Assembly: GCA_001029715.1 (NCBI GenBank)
Contig: CP011212.1
Location: forward strand, 3,407-67,406
Reading direction: 5' to 3'
Length of the DNA stretch: 64,000 nt
Source: a candidate division TM6 bacterium GW2011_GWF2_28_16
Lineage (GTDB): Bacteria; Patescibacteriota; Microgenomatia; UBA1400; PJMF01
Made by a program: the position numbers and the translations under genes. Of the stretch, positions 30,253-39,184 are shown in pieces (positions within the stretch are counted from its first letter, which is position 1; each line of letters begins with the position of its first letter). The notes under the pieces were generated by a model that was given only the letters and a program-made list of their open reading frames with translations, was not told where the DNA came from and did not search any database.

Positions 30253-31242
30253 ATGAAGAAAATTGTCGTTATTGGCGGAGGTACAGGTAGTGCAGTTACA
30301 CTTGCCGGTTTGAAAAAATATAAAAATATTGAACTAAGTGCCGTCATAGTGGTTTCTGACAATGGTGGCTCTACCGGTCGATTAAGAGATGAGTTTGGTT
30401 TTTTACCAGTTGGAGATTTGCGCCAGTGCATCGCTGCTTTGGCCACGGGAGAAAATGAGGAAGAAATTCGCCGTTTGTTGCTTTATCGTTTTGACAAAGA
30501 TTCAAGTCTTCAAGGACACAACCTAGGTAATTTAATTCTTACTTCTCTAGAGAGCTTAACTGGCTCTGCCAGCAAAGCTGTCGAACTTGCTTCTAAAATA
30601 TTCCGTATTAATGGCACGGTTCTGCCGATTAGTGAAGATAGCGTCAATTTGGTCATCCATTATGACGATGGCAAAGTTGCCGTTGGTGAAAAAAATCTCG
30701 ATGACCCTAAATTCGGTGGTAAAAAAATCAAAGAGCTTGCCTTAGATAAAAAAGCTAAAATTTATAGTAAAGCTTATCGGGCAATCGCCGATGCAGATCT
30801 CGTCGTACTTGGCCCAGGAGATCTCTACGGAAGTCTTTTGGCAAATACTTTAGTTGATGGTTTTGCTGAAGCTTTAGCAGAAAATAAAAAAAATGGTGGT
30901 AAGTTTGTCTATGTCAGTAATTTAGTCACTCATTTTTCCCAAACTCACCAAATGAGTGCTAGAGATCATCTTTTAGAAATCCAAAAATACTGTCAAAGAC
31001 CAGCAGATTTTGCCCTGATAAATGACAGTCCCATTCCAAAAAAAATTCTAAGCATCTATCAAGAAGCCAATGACTATCTCATAATGGATGATTTAGAAAA
31101 TAAAGAAGGCGAAACTCAAATAATTAGAGCAAATTTGCTTTCAACTACTCTGTTTAAGGCAGAAAAAAATGACTCTCTAACTAGAAGTTTAATTCGTCAC
31201 CATAAAGATAAATTGGCAAAAGCTTTGCTTAAATTAATCTAA
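30253..31242 (+). CDS. yvcK: YvcK/GlmR (CofD-like) family protein
   Basis: KIVVIGGGTG, SDNGGSTGRLR, GDLRQC, GHNLGNL, LGPGDLYGS, IRH. Confidence 0.9.
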   Translation: MKKIVVIGGGTGSAVTLAGLKKYKNIELSAVIVVSDNGGSTGRLRDEFGFLPVGDLRQCIAALATGENEEEIRRLLLYRFDKDSSLQGHNLGNLILTSLESLTGSASKAVELASKIFRINGTVLPISEDSVNLVIHYDDGKVAVGEKNLDDPKFGGKKIKELALDKKAKIYSKAYRAIADADLVVLGPGDLYGSLLANTLVDGFAEALAENKKNGGKFVYVSNLVTHFSQTHQMSARDHLLEIQKYCQRPADFALINDSPIPKKILSIYQEANDYLIMDDLENKEGETQIIRANLLSTTLFKAEKNDSLTRSLIRHHKDKLAKALLKLI

Positions 31243-31243
31243 T

Positions 31244-33073
31244 TTATTTGGAACTGTATTTGCTAATAACGCTTGTCACTCCAGTGGCAGCAGTTTCTAG
31301 AGCTTTTTCAACACTAGTGCTAGATAAGACAGCATTGATCGCATCTTCGTAATACTTAATTATTTGATCATTGAGACCATTGTCGTGAGTAAAACTCGAC
31401 ATATACCAAGATTTAGCTATTGGTGCATCAGCTAAATAAGCTCCAACTAACTCGCTACTCTGCAATTCGCTTGCCATGTCAGTGCGAGGATAAACTTCAC
31501 CAAAGGCACGATATTGGCTAGCATCGTTATAAAACTTACGTAAAACTTCTGGAGTAGATAAATATTTTAAAAATGCCCAAGCTGCATCTTTATTTTTACT
31601 CTTTGCACTTACTCCTTCAGCCCAAAAAGTCGCCCAAGAAGCAGGATTTTCGGTATCTAACTGTGGTACTCTTGCTACTGCAAAATCCAAATTTGGATTG
31701 AGATTTTTGACTTCATGTACTCTCCAAGATGGAGCAAGAATCATTGCTACATCTCCTCTAGCAAAAGCGGTTGTGGAATTAGCTAAACGATCCGACCAAA
31801 CCTTATCTTGTTTAACAAAATTAGTATAAAAAGTAATGGCATCTTTGACGTATTGGCTATTGGCGTTGGCTGGATTTCCACCATTTTGAATAATGAGCAA
31901 AGCTAAGATGTCAGAGAAATTATCAACATTGCCAGCATTGCCAATTGCTAAACCAGCTCTAGTAATATTGTCACTGCGTCTTTCATTTAGATTGCTTGGT
32001 ACAGTTAGCCTGTTAGCTGCTGTACGCAGTTCTGCCCAAGTAGTTGGGACATCTAAATTGGCAGTTTTAAGCATTTCTTTGTTATAAAACAAAGCTAAAC
32101 CGTCATACATCATAGGAATACCGACAATTTGGCCACCAACTTGAAGATTGGTGGAAGCAACTGGATAAAAAATCTGCTTGTATTCTGTTAGGCTCATAAC
32201 ACTAGACGGCATAGCAGCGAGACTCGTGCTCAACATCGGCACCCAAGAAACGTGATAGCGAAAGATGTCTGGTCCATTACCTGAATCAATTGCTTGCTGC
32301 AATCTCTCTCGATAATCTTGGTGAGACTGTTTGCGGTAATCAATTTTAATTGAAGGATTTTTAGATTCAAAATCTGCAATCACTTGTTTCAAAATCTGAC
32401 TATCTTCCCATAAGCCCCAATAAGTAACTGTAGTGATTTGAGTTGTTGCACTACTCGTCGCACTACTGCCACTAGTCGATTTGGTGGTCGTTTTAGTCTT
32501 CGATCCAAACAAATTAAAAATTAGAATCCCCACAAGAGCCAAAATTAAAACTCCAACACCAATTAAAGCTGGCAAAGGAATTTTTCCCTTGAGACTAGCT
32601 AATGGATTAGGCATTTTTGGCTTTGGTTTAGCAGCTTCCTCAACCTTTGGCGTCTCTGGATTTACTTGAACAGTTGGCTCAGCCGTCATTGTCGGCGTAC
32701 TTGCCGTCATTGGCTTTGTAAATATCGCTGGTTCTGGTTTTTTATCATTCTCAATTGGCGCCATATCTTTTAAAGACATTTGTGAAAGTGGACTCATTGG
32801 TCGACTCGCCATCTGTTCTGCTTTTGGCTCAGAGCTATTACCTTGAGGAGCAGATAATGGAGGAGCTGCTACTCTCATGTTTGGAGGAGTGCCACCTGGG
32901 TTTTCTCTAGACAAACCACCAGGAATAACCTGAGTCTGACGAATTTGAGTTGGAATTACAGCCTGAACTGGCTGAGGTGCTGATTGAGTCGAAGACTGAA
33001 CAGGCTGATCTGTCTGATCTGTCTGACTATTTAAGCCTGGGATGTTCGGTTTTGGTAAGTTCTGACTTGGCAT
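31244..33073 (-). CDS. Sugar-type (family 1) extracellular solute-binding protein with a Pro-rich N-tail and TM anchor
   Basis: TYWGLWED, GNGPDIF, GIP..DGLALFYNK, PTTWAEL, AAWAFLKYL. Confidence 0.85.
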   Translation of the reverse strand: MPSQNLPKPNIPGLNSQTDQTDQPVQSSTQSAPQPVQAVIPTQIRQTQVIPGGLSRENPGGTPPNMRVAAPPLSAPQGNSSEPKAEQMASRPMSPLSQMSLKDMAPIENDKKPEPAIFTKPMTASTPTMTAEPTVQVNPETPKVEEAAKPKPKMPNPLASLKGKIPLPALIGVGVLILALVGILIFNLFGSKTKTTTKSTSGSSATSSATTQITTVTYWGLWEDSQILKQVIADFESKNPSIKIDYRKQSHQDYRERLQQAIDSGNGPDIFRYHVSWVPMLSTSLAAMPSSVMSLTEYKQIFYPVASTNLQVGGQIVGIPMMYDGLALFYNKEMLKTANLDVPTTWAELRTAANRLTVPSNLNERRSDNITRAGLAIGNAGNVDNFSDILALLIIQNGGNPANANSQYVKDAITFYTNFVKQDKVWSDRLANSTTAFARGDVAMILAPSWRVHEVKNLNPNLDFAVARVPQLDTENPASWATFWAEGVSAKSKNKDAAWAFLKYLSTPEVLRKFYNDASQYRAFGEVYPRTDMASELQSSELVGAYLADAPIAKSWYMSSFTHDNGLNDQIIKYYEDAINAVLSSTSVEKALETAATGVTSVISKYSSK

Positions 33074-33112
33074 ATTAATAAACTACAAAGTACAATGTAG
33101 TTCGTCCCTATT

Positions 33113-34921
33113 ATGGATAAAATTTATTCATCAATCAAGCTCAACTTTAAACAAAGAAAGCAGAATATAGCTCTACTTTCTTTGGGTTTATTGCTTCTTT
33201 TTATGAGTATTTGGTTAATTGCTGTTTACAACAATTATTATCAAGACCGTTTCTATCCAAAAACCTTCATCGAAGATCTTAATGTTTCTGGTTTGAAAGT
33301 TGATGAAGCAAAAACCAAGATTCAAGAAAAGATGAGTGAAAAAGTTGATTTTGAAAATGATTTTTTAACTATATATTACTTAGATAAAAATATTCAAAGC
33401 AGTCTCAGAGATCTTGAAATTAAAAATAATTTAGATGATGTTTTAACAGAAGCTTTTGCAATGGGACATCAAAAAAATATTTTGAAAAAATATGGCCAAA
33501 TCATTAAAGGACATCTTTATTCAAACAAATATTCTTTAGGTTTAAGCTACGACCAAGAAAAAATTCAGCTTTTAATTGAAAAGCTAAAAGAACAAGTTGA
33601 TTCTGCAGGCGAAAAACCAAGTGTTTTTTTAGTTTACGGTAAAGTTGAGATTTCTGAAGGCCAAGATAGTGATAAATTACTCATCGATGAAACTTGGCAA
33701 AAATTACATCAACAAATTCTTGCCAAAGATTTACGTAATTTAAATAAAGAAGACCTACAAATAGAGGCTGTCGTAGAGCACCCAATTCTGGCCCTCAATC
33801 AACTTCAATTGGAGATGAGCAAAAGTCGCGCAGAAAAACTTCTCAATCAACAATTAACTTTTGGTTATGAATATCAAAAAATTGTCATTACTGATAAAGA
33901 ATTGATGAGCTTCTTAGCCTTACCTGAAGGCTTTGATGAAGTAGTAATGAATGGTTTTCTTGAAGTCCTAAAAAACCAAATCAATCGCCCCAGTAGTGAC
34001 GCTAGTTTTATTTATGATAAAGACACTTTAGAGGTCACAGAGTTTGTACCTGACAAAAATGGTCTAGAAATTGATGTCAGCTTTACTAAAGAAACTATTA
34101 AAAACTTTTTATCCGAATTAGAAAATGGAACAAATATACAAAATTCCTTTGATTTGCCAATGCAAAGTCTGCCGGCTCAAATTACTTTGGCAAAAACGAA
34201 TGATTTAGGAATTACTGAAGTAATTGGCTTTGGAGAAAGCTGGTACGCTCACTCTATTCCTAATCGTATCTACAATGTCACTTTGACCGCTGACCGAATT
34301 AGCAATCATATTGTTAAACCAGGAGAAGAATTTTCTTTTAACAAGGCTCTTGGTGAAGTTTCTGACAAGACTGGTTTTCGTAATGCTTACATCATCGAGG
34401 CTGGAGAAACTAAACTCGCTCCAGGGGGTGGGGTTTGCCAAGTAAGCAGTACTCTTTTCCGTTCTTTACTGGATGCTGGTCTCAAAATCACTCGTCGGCT
34501 CCCCCATGCCTACCGTGTTTCCTATTACGAGATTGGCAATGAGCCTGGCTTTGACGCTACCGTTTATTCTGGTGATACAGACTTGCGTTTTATTAACGAC
34601 ACCAACGCTCATATTCTAATTAATTGCCAAAGTGATAGCGAAAATCTCTATATGTTTTGTAAAATCTACGGGACTAGTGATGGTCGCTACAATGAAATTG
34701 TTAAATATAAAAAGTGGGGCCAGACTTCTGCCCTACCAACAGTCTATATTCCTGATCCTAGCTTAGCTCCTGGACAACTCAAGCAAATTGATTGGTCAGC
34801 CAGTGGCATTAAAGCCGAATTTACTAATGTTGTTTACGATAAAAATGGCCAAATCATGCACGAAGACTACTATTATAGTAGTTACAGATCTTGGGCTGCC
34901 AAATATTTACAGGGGGTTTAG
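33113..34921 (+). CDS. VanW family protein with peptidoglycan-binding repeats
   Basis: N-terminal TM; PGEEFSFN, GGGVCQVSSTLF, R.PHAY, GFDATV, DLRFIN. Confidence 0.92.
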   Translation: MDKIYSSIKLNFKQRKQNIALLSLGLLLLFMSIWLIAVYNNYYQDRFYPKTFIEDLNVSGLKVDEAKTKIQEKMSEKVDFENDFLTIYYLDKNIQSSLRDLEIKNNLDDVLTEAFAMGHQKNILKKYGQIIKGHLYSNKYSLGLSYDQEKIQLLIEKLKEQVDSAGEKPSVFLVYGKVEISEGQDSDKLLIDETWQKLHQQILAKDLRNLNKEDLQIEAVVEHPILALNQLQLEMSKSRAEKLLNQQLTFGYEYQKIVITDKELMSFLALPEGFDEVVMNGFLEVLKNQINRPSSDASFIYDKDTLEVTEFVPDKNGLEIDVSFTKETIKNFLSELENGTNIQNSFDLPMQSLPAQITLAKTNDLGITEVIGFGESWYAHSIPNRIYNVTLTADRISNHIVKPGEEFSFNKALGEVSDKTGFRNAYIIEAGETKLAPGGGVCQVSSTLFRSLLDAGLKITRRLPHAYRVSYYEIGNEPGFDATVYSGDTDLRFINDTNAHILINCQSDSENLYMFCKIYGTSDGRYNEIVKYKKWGQTSALPTVYIPDPSLAPGQLKQIDWSASGIKAEFTNVVYDKNGQIMHEDYYYSSYRSWAAKYLQGV

Positions 34922-34984
34922 TTTCTAAAACAAAAGCTCTTTTGTTGCACTTCTTGAAATATTGAACTTAGATAATAAAGGTAT

Positions 34985-35053
34985 GGGCCGGAGTGCTGGT
35001 GCATAGCTCTGTCCGCGAAATAGAGTTCGGGGGTCCAATTCCCCTCCGGTCCA
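34985..35053 (+). tRNA. Non-canonical tRNA-like gene: anticodon GCG (nominally Arg) with Ala identity elements G3.U70 and A73
   Basis: Acceptor GGGCCGG/CCGGTCC plus A; D arm GTGC-TGGT-GCAT; anticodon arm CTCTGT-CCGCGAA-ATAGAG; variable TTC; T arm GGGGG-TCCAATT-CCCCT. Confidence 0.75.
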
Positions 35054-35077
35054 CACCATTAACATAAAAAATTAATC

Positions 35078-35106
35078 TTGAAAAATTAAAAATTTTTTTG
35101 TATAAT
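35078..35106 (+). promoter_or_regulatory. Near-consensus sigma70 promoter with no downstream + strand CDS
   Basis: TTGAAA (35078-83), exactly 17 nt, TATAAT (35101-06). Confidence 0.7.
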
Positions 35107-35112
35107 TCATTT

Positions 35113-35177
35113 AGTTTCGCGGATAGAGTTGGGGAATTTCCCTGAATTTAAAATCACTCTTTTTAGGGTGATTTTTT
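35113..35177 (+). ncRNA. Candidate ~65-nt sRNA complementary to the anticodon arm of the neighbouring tRNA-like RNA
   Basis: Lies between the promoter and the terminator; 35114-35131 can form 18 contiguous pairs (4 G.U) with 35004-35021. Confidence 0.55.
35150..35177 (+). terminator. Intrinsic terminator, probably bidirectional
   Basis: AAAATCACTCT-TTTT-AGGGTGATTTT followed by further T. Confidence 0.75.
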
Positions 35178-35193
35178 AGAAAAGAAACCATTT

Positions 35194-36948
35194 TTATCTA
35201 TTTTCTGCATTAAATAATGGGCCAACGATCTGAATGTTGGCGGGAGCTCTTAAATTAAACCAGTCCTTAAATTCATTCCCAGGAAAATTTTCCGATTTAC
35301 CATCACCATTAACTGTAACTGTTGTGGTTCTTCCAATAGAGAAATCCGCTGAAATTGAAATAGAACTCACATTACTAAAATAAGACATTCCTCTATTTGA
35401 AAGTTCATTTTTCACTTTTTCTTCATTCCAAGTTTCACCACAATTAGAATTATTTTTATCAGTCTGACAAAAATGATCTCCCAATGAATTATCTGCCCTA
35501 GCCAATAGAATAACATTGGCAATATCTGCTACTTCAGATGGCTTTAACCATGCAGAATTGCCATGTTGAGATCGATAACCTTGAGCACTATAAAAACATG
35601 GAGAATCTTTATCATAAGATTTTTCATTTAAATCTGAAAAACTATTTACATCACCACTAGTATCACGTAACCTTTTTGTATAAGAAGTTGAACTTGACCA
35701 AACATCTCCTGAATTAAAAGTATAACCACCTGATGTAGAAGCAAACCAACCTTTAATAATTTGCCCATCAGCTACCATAACTTTTCCCGATGTATCAGAA
35801 ACCGCATTGTCCCAATCTCCACCTTTTGGATCAGTTTTAAAAACTTGACAATATTGATTGGCACAAATAGAGCTATCACCATTATTAGTTAGAGCTAAAA
35901 CATAAGATCTGGCAGCAATAGCTTGGGCCTTTAATGCCTCAGAAGGCCAACTTCCAGGAACTTCATAAATTCTTTTCATATAATCTTCTAGGCTTCCAGT
36001 CCAGATAATATTTCCTTTGTTCATCGCATTACTATCATTAACTTTAATAGTGGCACTCACTCCATCTCTATACTCATTGAAGTTAAAATAGGCGCGTAGA
36101 ATTTGATCATAAGTTTGCCCAGCTTTTGCTCTACCATAAGCTCCATATTGATTCAAGCCAACTCGATGTGGAATACCATATGTAAAAAAAGCAAAACCAC
36201 TACCGAACCCTGGATCAATTTTTCTATCATCAACACAAACTAGTGCTCCTGCGCCTAAAGAACTGGGCAAATTTAAACTCGCCTGTCTACCACTTATAAT
36301 CTGCTGAAGTTTCGTGCTTAATTGAGCAATTTCACTGCTCAATTCACTTTGATAGCTTTTTGCTTTGACCACTTCACCTTTGAAAAAATCAGCTTGCTCG
36401 TCTAACTGCTCCGATAAAGCTGCTAAGCGCACTTGATCTGATTCAAGTTTTTGTTTGTCTTCATTGAGTTTATTTATTTCTTCTGAGAGAGAACGAATCA
36501 GACGATCATCTTGAGCACGAGCAGATTCTTGATAAGCTAAATCCTTAGTTAATTGATTGGCGCTTTGGCTAGACAGAAAAAGACTGAGTGGGTTAAAAGT
36601 GCGGCCTCTTTTATAAGACTCAGCCACTCTGTTTGAGAAAATCTGGTAATGATAAACCAAAGCCTCTTCTCTTTCGCCGATGCTCACTGCCAAAGCTGCT
36701 GCTTCGTTTTTTGCTTTAGCAATGCCAGCTTTAGCGGAATTTATTCTGGCTTCGAGACTTTTCAGTTCTTTTTCAAGTGGCGTGGTAGCGTTTACAGAAG
36801 CCTCAAGATCTTTTGAGAGTTTTTCTATTTCATTTTGGATATCACCAATTTCATCAGCACTCACATAAAACAAAGGCTTAAACATCAAAATTCCCGCCAC
36901 TAAAGCCGTAAAGAACACAAAAAAGCTGAGCTTGCGGAAAAAGGGCAT
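35194..36948 (-). CDS. Secreted coiled-coil plus SpoIID/LytB-domain protein (putative lytic transglycosylase)
   Basis: Signal peptide, long coiled coil, HRVGLNQYGA, LEDYM..YEVP.SWP.EALKAQAIAARSY, CQVF. Confidence 0.88.
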   Translation of the reverse strand: MPFFRKLSFFVFFTALVAGILMFKPLFYVSADEIGDIQNEIEKLSKDLEASVNATTPLEKELKSLEARINSAKAGIAKAKNEAAALAVSIGEREEALVYHYQIFSNRVAESYKRGRTFNPLSLFLSSQSANQLTKDLAYQESARAQDDRLIRSLSEEINKLNEDKQKLESDQVRLAALSEQLDEQADFFKGEVVKAKSYQSELSSEIAQLSTKLQQIISGRQASLNLPSSLGAGALVCVDDRKIDPGFGSGFAFFTYGIPHRVGLNQYGAYGRAKAGQTYDQILRAYFNFNEYRDGVSATIKVNDSNAMNKGNIIWTGSLEDYMKRIYEVPGSWPSEALKAQAIAARSYVLALTNNGDSSICANQYCQVFKTDPKGGDWDNAVSDTSGKVMVADGQIIKGWFASTSGGYTFNSGDVWSSSTSYTKRLRDTSGDVNSFSDLNEKSYDKDSPCFYSAQGYRSQHGNSAWLKPSEVADIANVILLARADNSLGDHFCQTDKNNSNCGETWNEEKVKNELSNRGMSYFSNVSSISISADFSIGRTTTVTVNGDGKSENFPGNEFKDWFNLRAPANIQIVGPLFNAENR

Positions 36949-37183
36949 AGCAGGCTTCTCACTAAATAAAAATAATTAATTGATTAAGTATAGATTTTAG
37001 CACATTTCAGTCATCTTCTGATGACGATAGTAGTTTGACTACTTGAGGAAGAAGAAATGACTAAAATGGTTAAAAGATGACTTAAGAAAAAATTATCTTT
37101 TATTTAGTGAGAAGCCTATGATTCTACTATAATAAAAGCTTGGTTTTAAAGCTGTTTAATGATTTAATATAAGGGTGAATAGA

Positions 37184-38080
37184 ATGAAATCAATCACTCT
37201 GGCTTTGTTGTTAATTAGTTCTTTTTTTTCTATTAGTGTAAAGAGTGCTTTTGCTACAAAACCAGAACCCATCATTGAGACAATAGAGGTTTATCAAACA
37301 AGAACCATCGTTGATAGCGAAACAAAAGAAGAAAGAGAAGCACAGTGTAATTTCTTTAATGGTTGTGTAGAGGCTGGAGAAAACGTGACAATTCACCTCT
37401 CTGGAATCGCCTACAACAATGGACTTCCTCTTCCAGAGGGTTCCAAAGTAAAAGTTCGTTTAAAATCAGAAGGGTGTAATGACTGGCCTGTGGGTGGCGG
37501 TTTCCAAGAAGCCACCCTCTACGACAATTACGTTGAAATCACAGCTCCAGGCTTAAATATTAAAGGCACCTGCTCTTACCAGTTAATTGTCAAGTTGGAA
37601 GCAGGAGAATCAGGACTAACTGGAGACGATAAACCAGAAACAAATAAAACCTATTTGGCAACTTCAACTATTGTTCAAGCTCAATGTTCATCAGAACAAT
37701 GTAATGAGGATCTTACTAGGTCTTCAAGATATGAACTATGTTCACAAATTGATGAAAGCGCTCCAGAATATCAGTCTTGTGCTGATTGTTTTAGTAATGA
37801 TGGGATTTGGACAGCTGTTGGCTGCATACCCAGCAACCCGAATGATGTAATTAAAGTAATTATTACTATTGGCTTGGCACTCGGAGGAGGAGTAGTTTTG
37901 GTAATGATTTTGGCTGGTTCTTTTATGCTTTCCGTCTCTCAAGGAGATCCAAATAAAACCAAAGAGGCCAAAGAAATTATCACCTCTGCCATAATCGGCT
38001 TATTATTTGTGATATTTTCCGTAACTATACTGCAGTTTATTGGTGTAGAAATTTTGCACATACCTGGATTTGGAGAATAA
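37184..38080 (+). CDS. VirB2/TrbC-type pilin domain protein with an N-terminal exported domain
   Basis: Signal peptide; IWTAVGCIP; C-terminal TM-SQGDPNKTKEAKEIITSAIIGLL-TM hairpin. Confidence 0.8.
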   Translation: MKSITLALLLISSFFSISVKSAFATKPEPIIETIEVYQTRTIVDSETKEEREAQCNFFNGCVEAGENVTIHLSGIAYNNGLPLPEGSKVKVRLKSEGCNDWPVGGGFQEATLYDNYVEITAPGLNIKGTCSYQLIVKLEAGESGLTGDDKPETNKTYLATSTIVQAQCSSEQCNEDLTRSSRYELCSQIDESAPEYQSCADCFSNDGIWTAVGCIPSNPNDVIKVIITIGLALGGGVVLVMILAGSFMLSVSQGDPNKTKEAKEIITSAIIGLLFVIFSVTILQFIGVEILHIPGFGE

Positions 38081-38082
38081 AA

Positions 38083-39156
38083 ATGAAAAAAATTATTCAA
38101 ATTTCACTATTCCAACTTTTATTTGCTTTTCTTTTTACCGGGATTGGATTGGCATATAGGTGTGGTGAAAATTTTAAGGTTTATTATGGAGACGATGTCA
38201 GTACTATGTGCGAATGCGCAGCTGTAAACAACGAAGCTGCCTTCGTAAGCTTTACTAGTGGTGCCCCATCTACATACTGTTGTGGTTTTTATTATGGCGG
38301 TGAATGTCACATTGAAGAACAAAGTGATGAAGAAGAAACAAATACCTATGGGTGTGGAGAGGGCTTTATAGTTCTAAAAGATCAAGATATTTCTGGAATG
38401 TGCCAGTGTTCAATTGTAAATAATCAAGCAGAACTAATGAACTTTGATCAAGGAACGCAAACATACTGTTGCGGAAACGTTCAGGGAACACAATGCAGAA
38501 CTTACGAAGATCCCAATGACTATGCATGTGGAGAAACGAATAGTAGCGCCACCGTGCCAGATGGAGCAATTTGTAAATGTGATGGGGCAACTTGGGAATC
38601 ACGTAAAGACGGTTTCCTTAATTGGAGTAAGGGCATTTGTTGTGGTTGGGTTGTAGACAATGTATGTCTCAGCGAAGATCCTGCCGCAACGAATGCTTAT
38701 TGTGGGGATATTTATCCAGCTGGTGAAAAAAGTTGTATCTGTGGAGGTAGTGGTGGTCCAGTTCCCATGGAAGATGGCAATACTTGCTGCGGCTGGCTAG
38801 AAGAAGGAGTGTGCAAAAGCACCGATGTCGGCATTAGCGATCTTGAAGTCTCTGGTGATTTACTAGATAGTCTCAATCCTCTTTCTTCAGGAGATAATAA
38901 AGATGAACTTAGCACTCCAGGAGGAATTATTTCAAGAGCATTAAGCAATTTTATCTTCCCAATCGCAGGAATTATTCTTTTTGCAGTTTTACTACTCGGA
39001 GGATTCCAAATGCTTTCTGGAGCAACTAATTCAAAATCCTTGGAGGAAGGTAAGCAAAGAATTACTTCTGCAATCATTGGATTTATTATTCTCTTTGCAG
39101 CCTACTGGATTGCGCAATTGCTAGAATTAATCTTTGGTATTCGCATTCTTTCCTAG
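38083..39156 (+). CDS. VirB2/TrbC-type pilin domain protein with four 6-Cys repeats
   Basis: Signal peptide; 24 Cys in four repeats; C-terminal GGFQMLSG..EEGKQRITSAIIGFIILFAAYWI. Confidence 0.8.
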   Translation: MKKIIQISLFQLLFAFLFTGIGLAYRCGENFKVYYGDDVSTMCECAAVNNEAAFVSFTSGAPSTYCCGFYYGGECHIEEQSDEEETNTYGCGEGFIVLKDQDISGMCQCSIVNNQAELMNFDQGTQTYCCGNVQGTQCRTYEDPNDYACGETNSSATVPDGAICKCDGATWESRKDGFLNWSKGICCGWVVDNVCLSEDPAATNAYCGDIYPAGEKSCICGGSGGPVPMEDGNTCCGWLEEGVCKSTDVGISDLEVSGDLLDSLNPLSSGDNKDELSTPGGIISRALSNFIFPIAGIILFAVLLLGGFQMLSGATNSKSLEEGKQRITSAIIGFIILFAAYWIAQLLELIFGIRILS

Positions 39157-39184
39157 AACTAGCATTCTTAGTATAATCAAGCTT

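Noticed and set aside
30195-30446. N-terminal extension of the cytidyltransferase ORF overlapping yvcK
   Set aside because: It is an antisense shadow of yvcK; the recognisable domain starts after Met at 30194.
34985-35177. Standard tmRNA, or tRNA-Sec/Pyl
   Set aside because: Too short for tmRNA, with no tag ORF or pseudoknots; the anticodon is not UCA or CUA, and there is no long variable arm.
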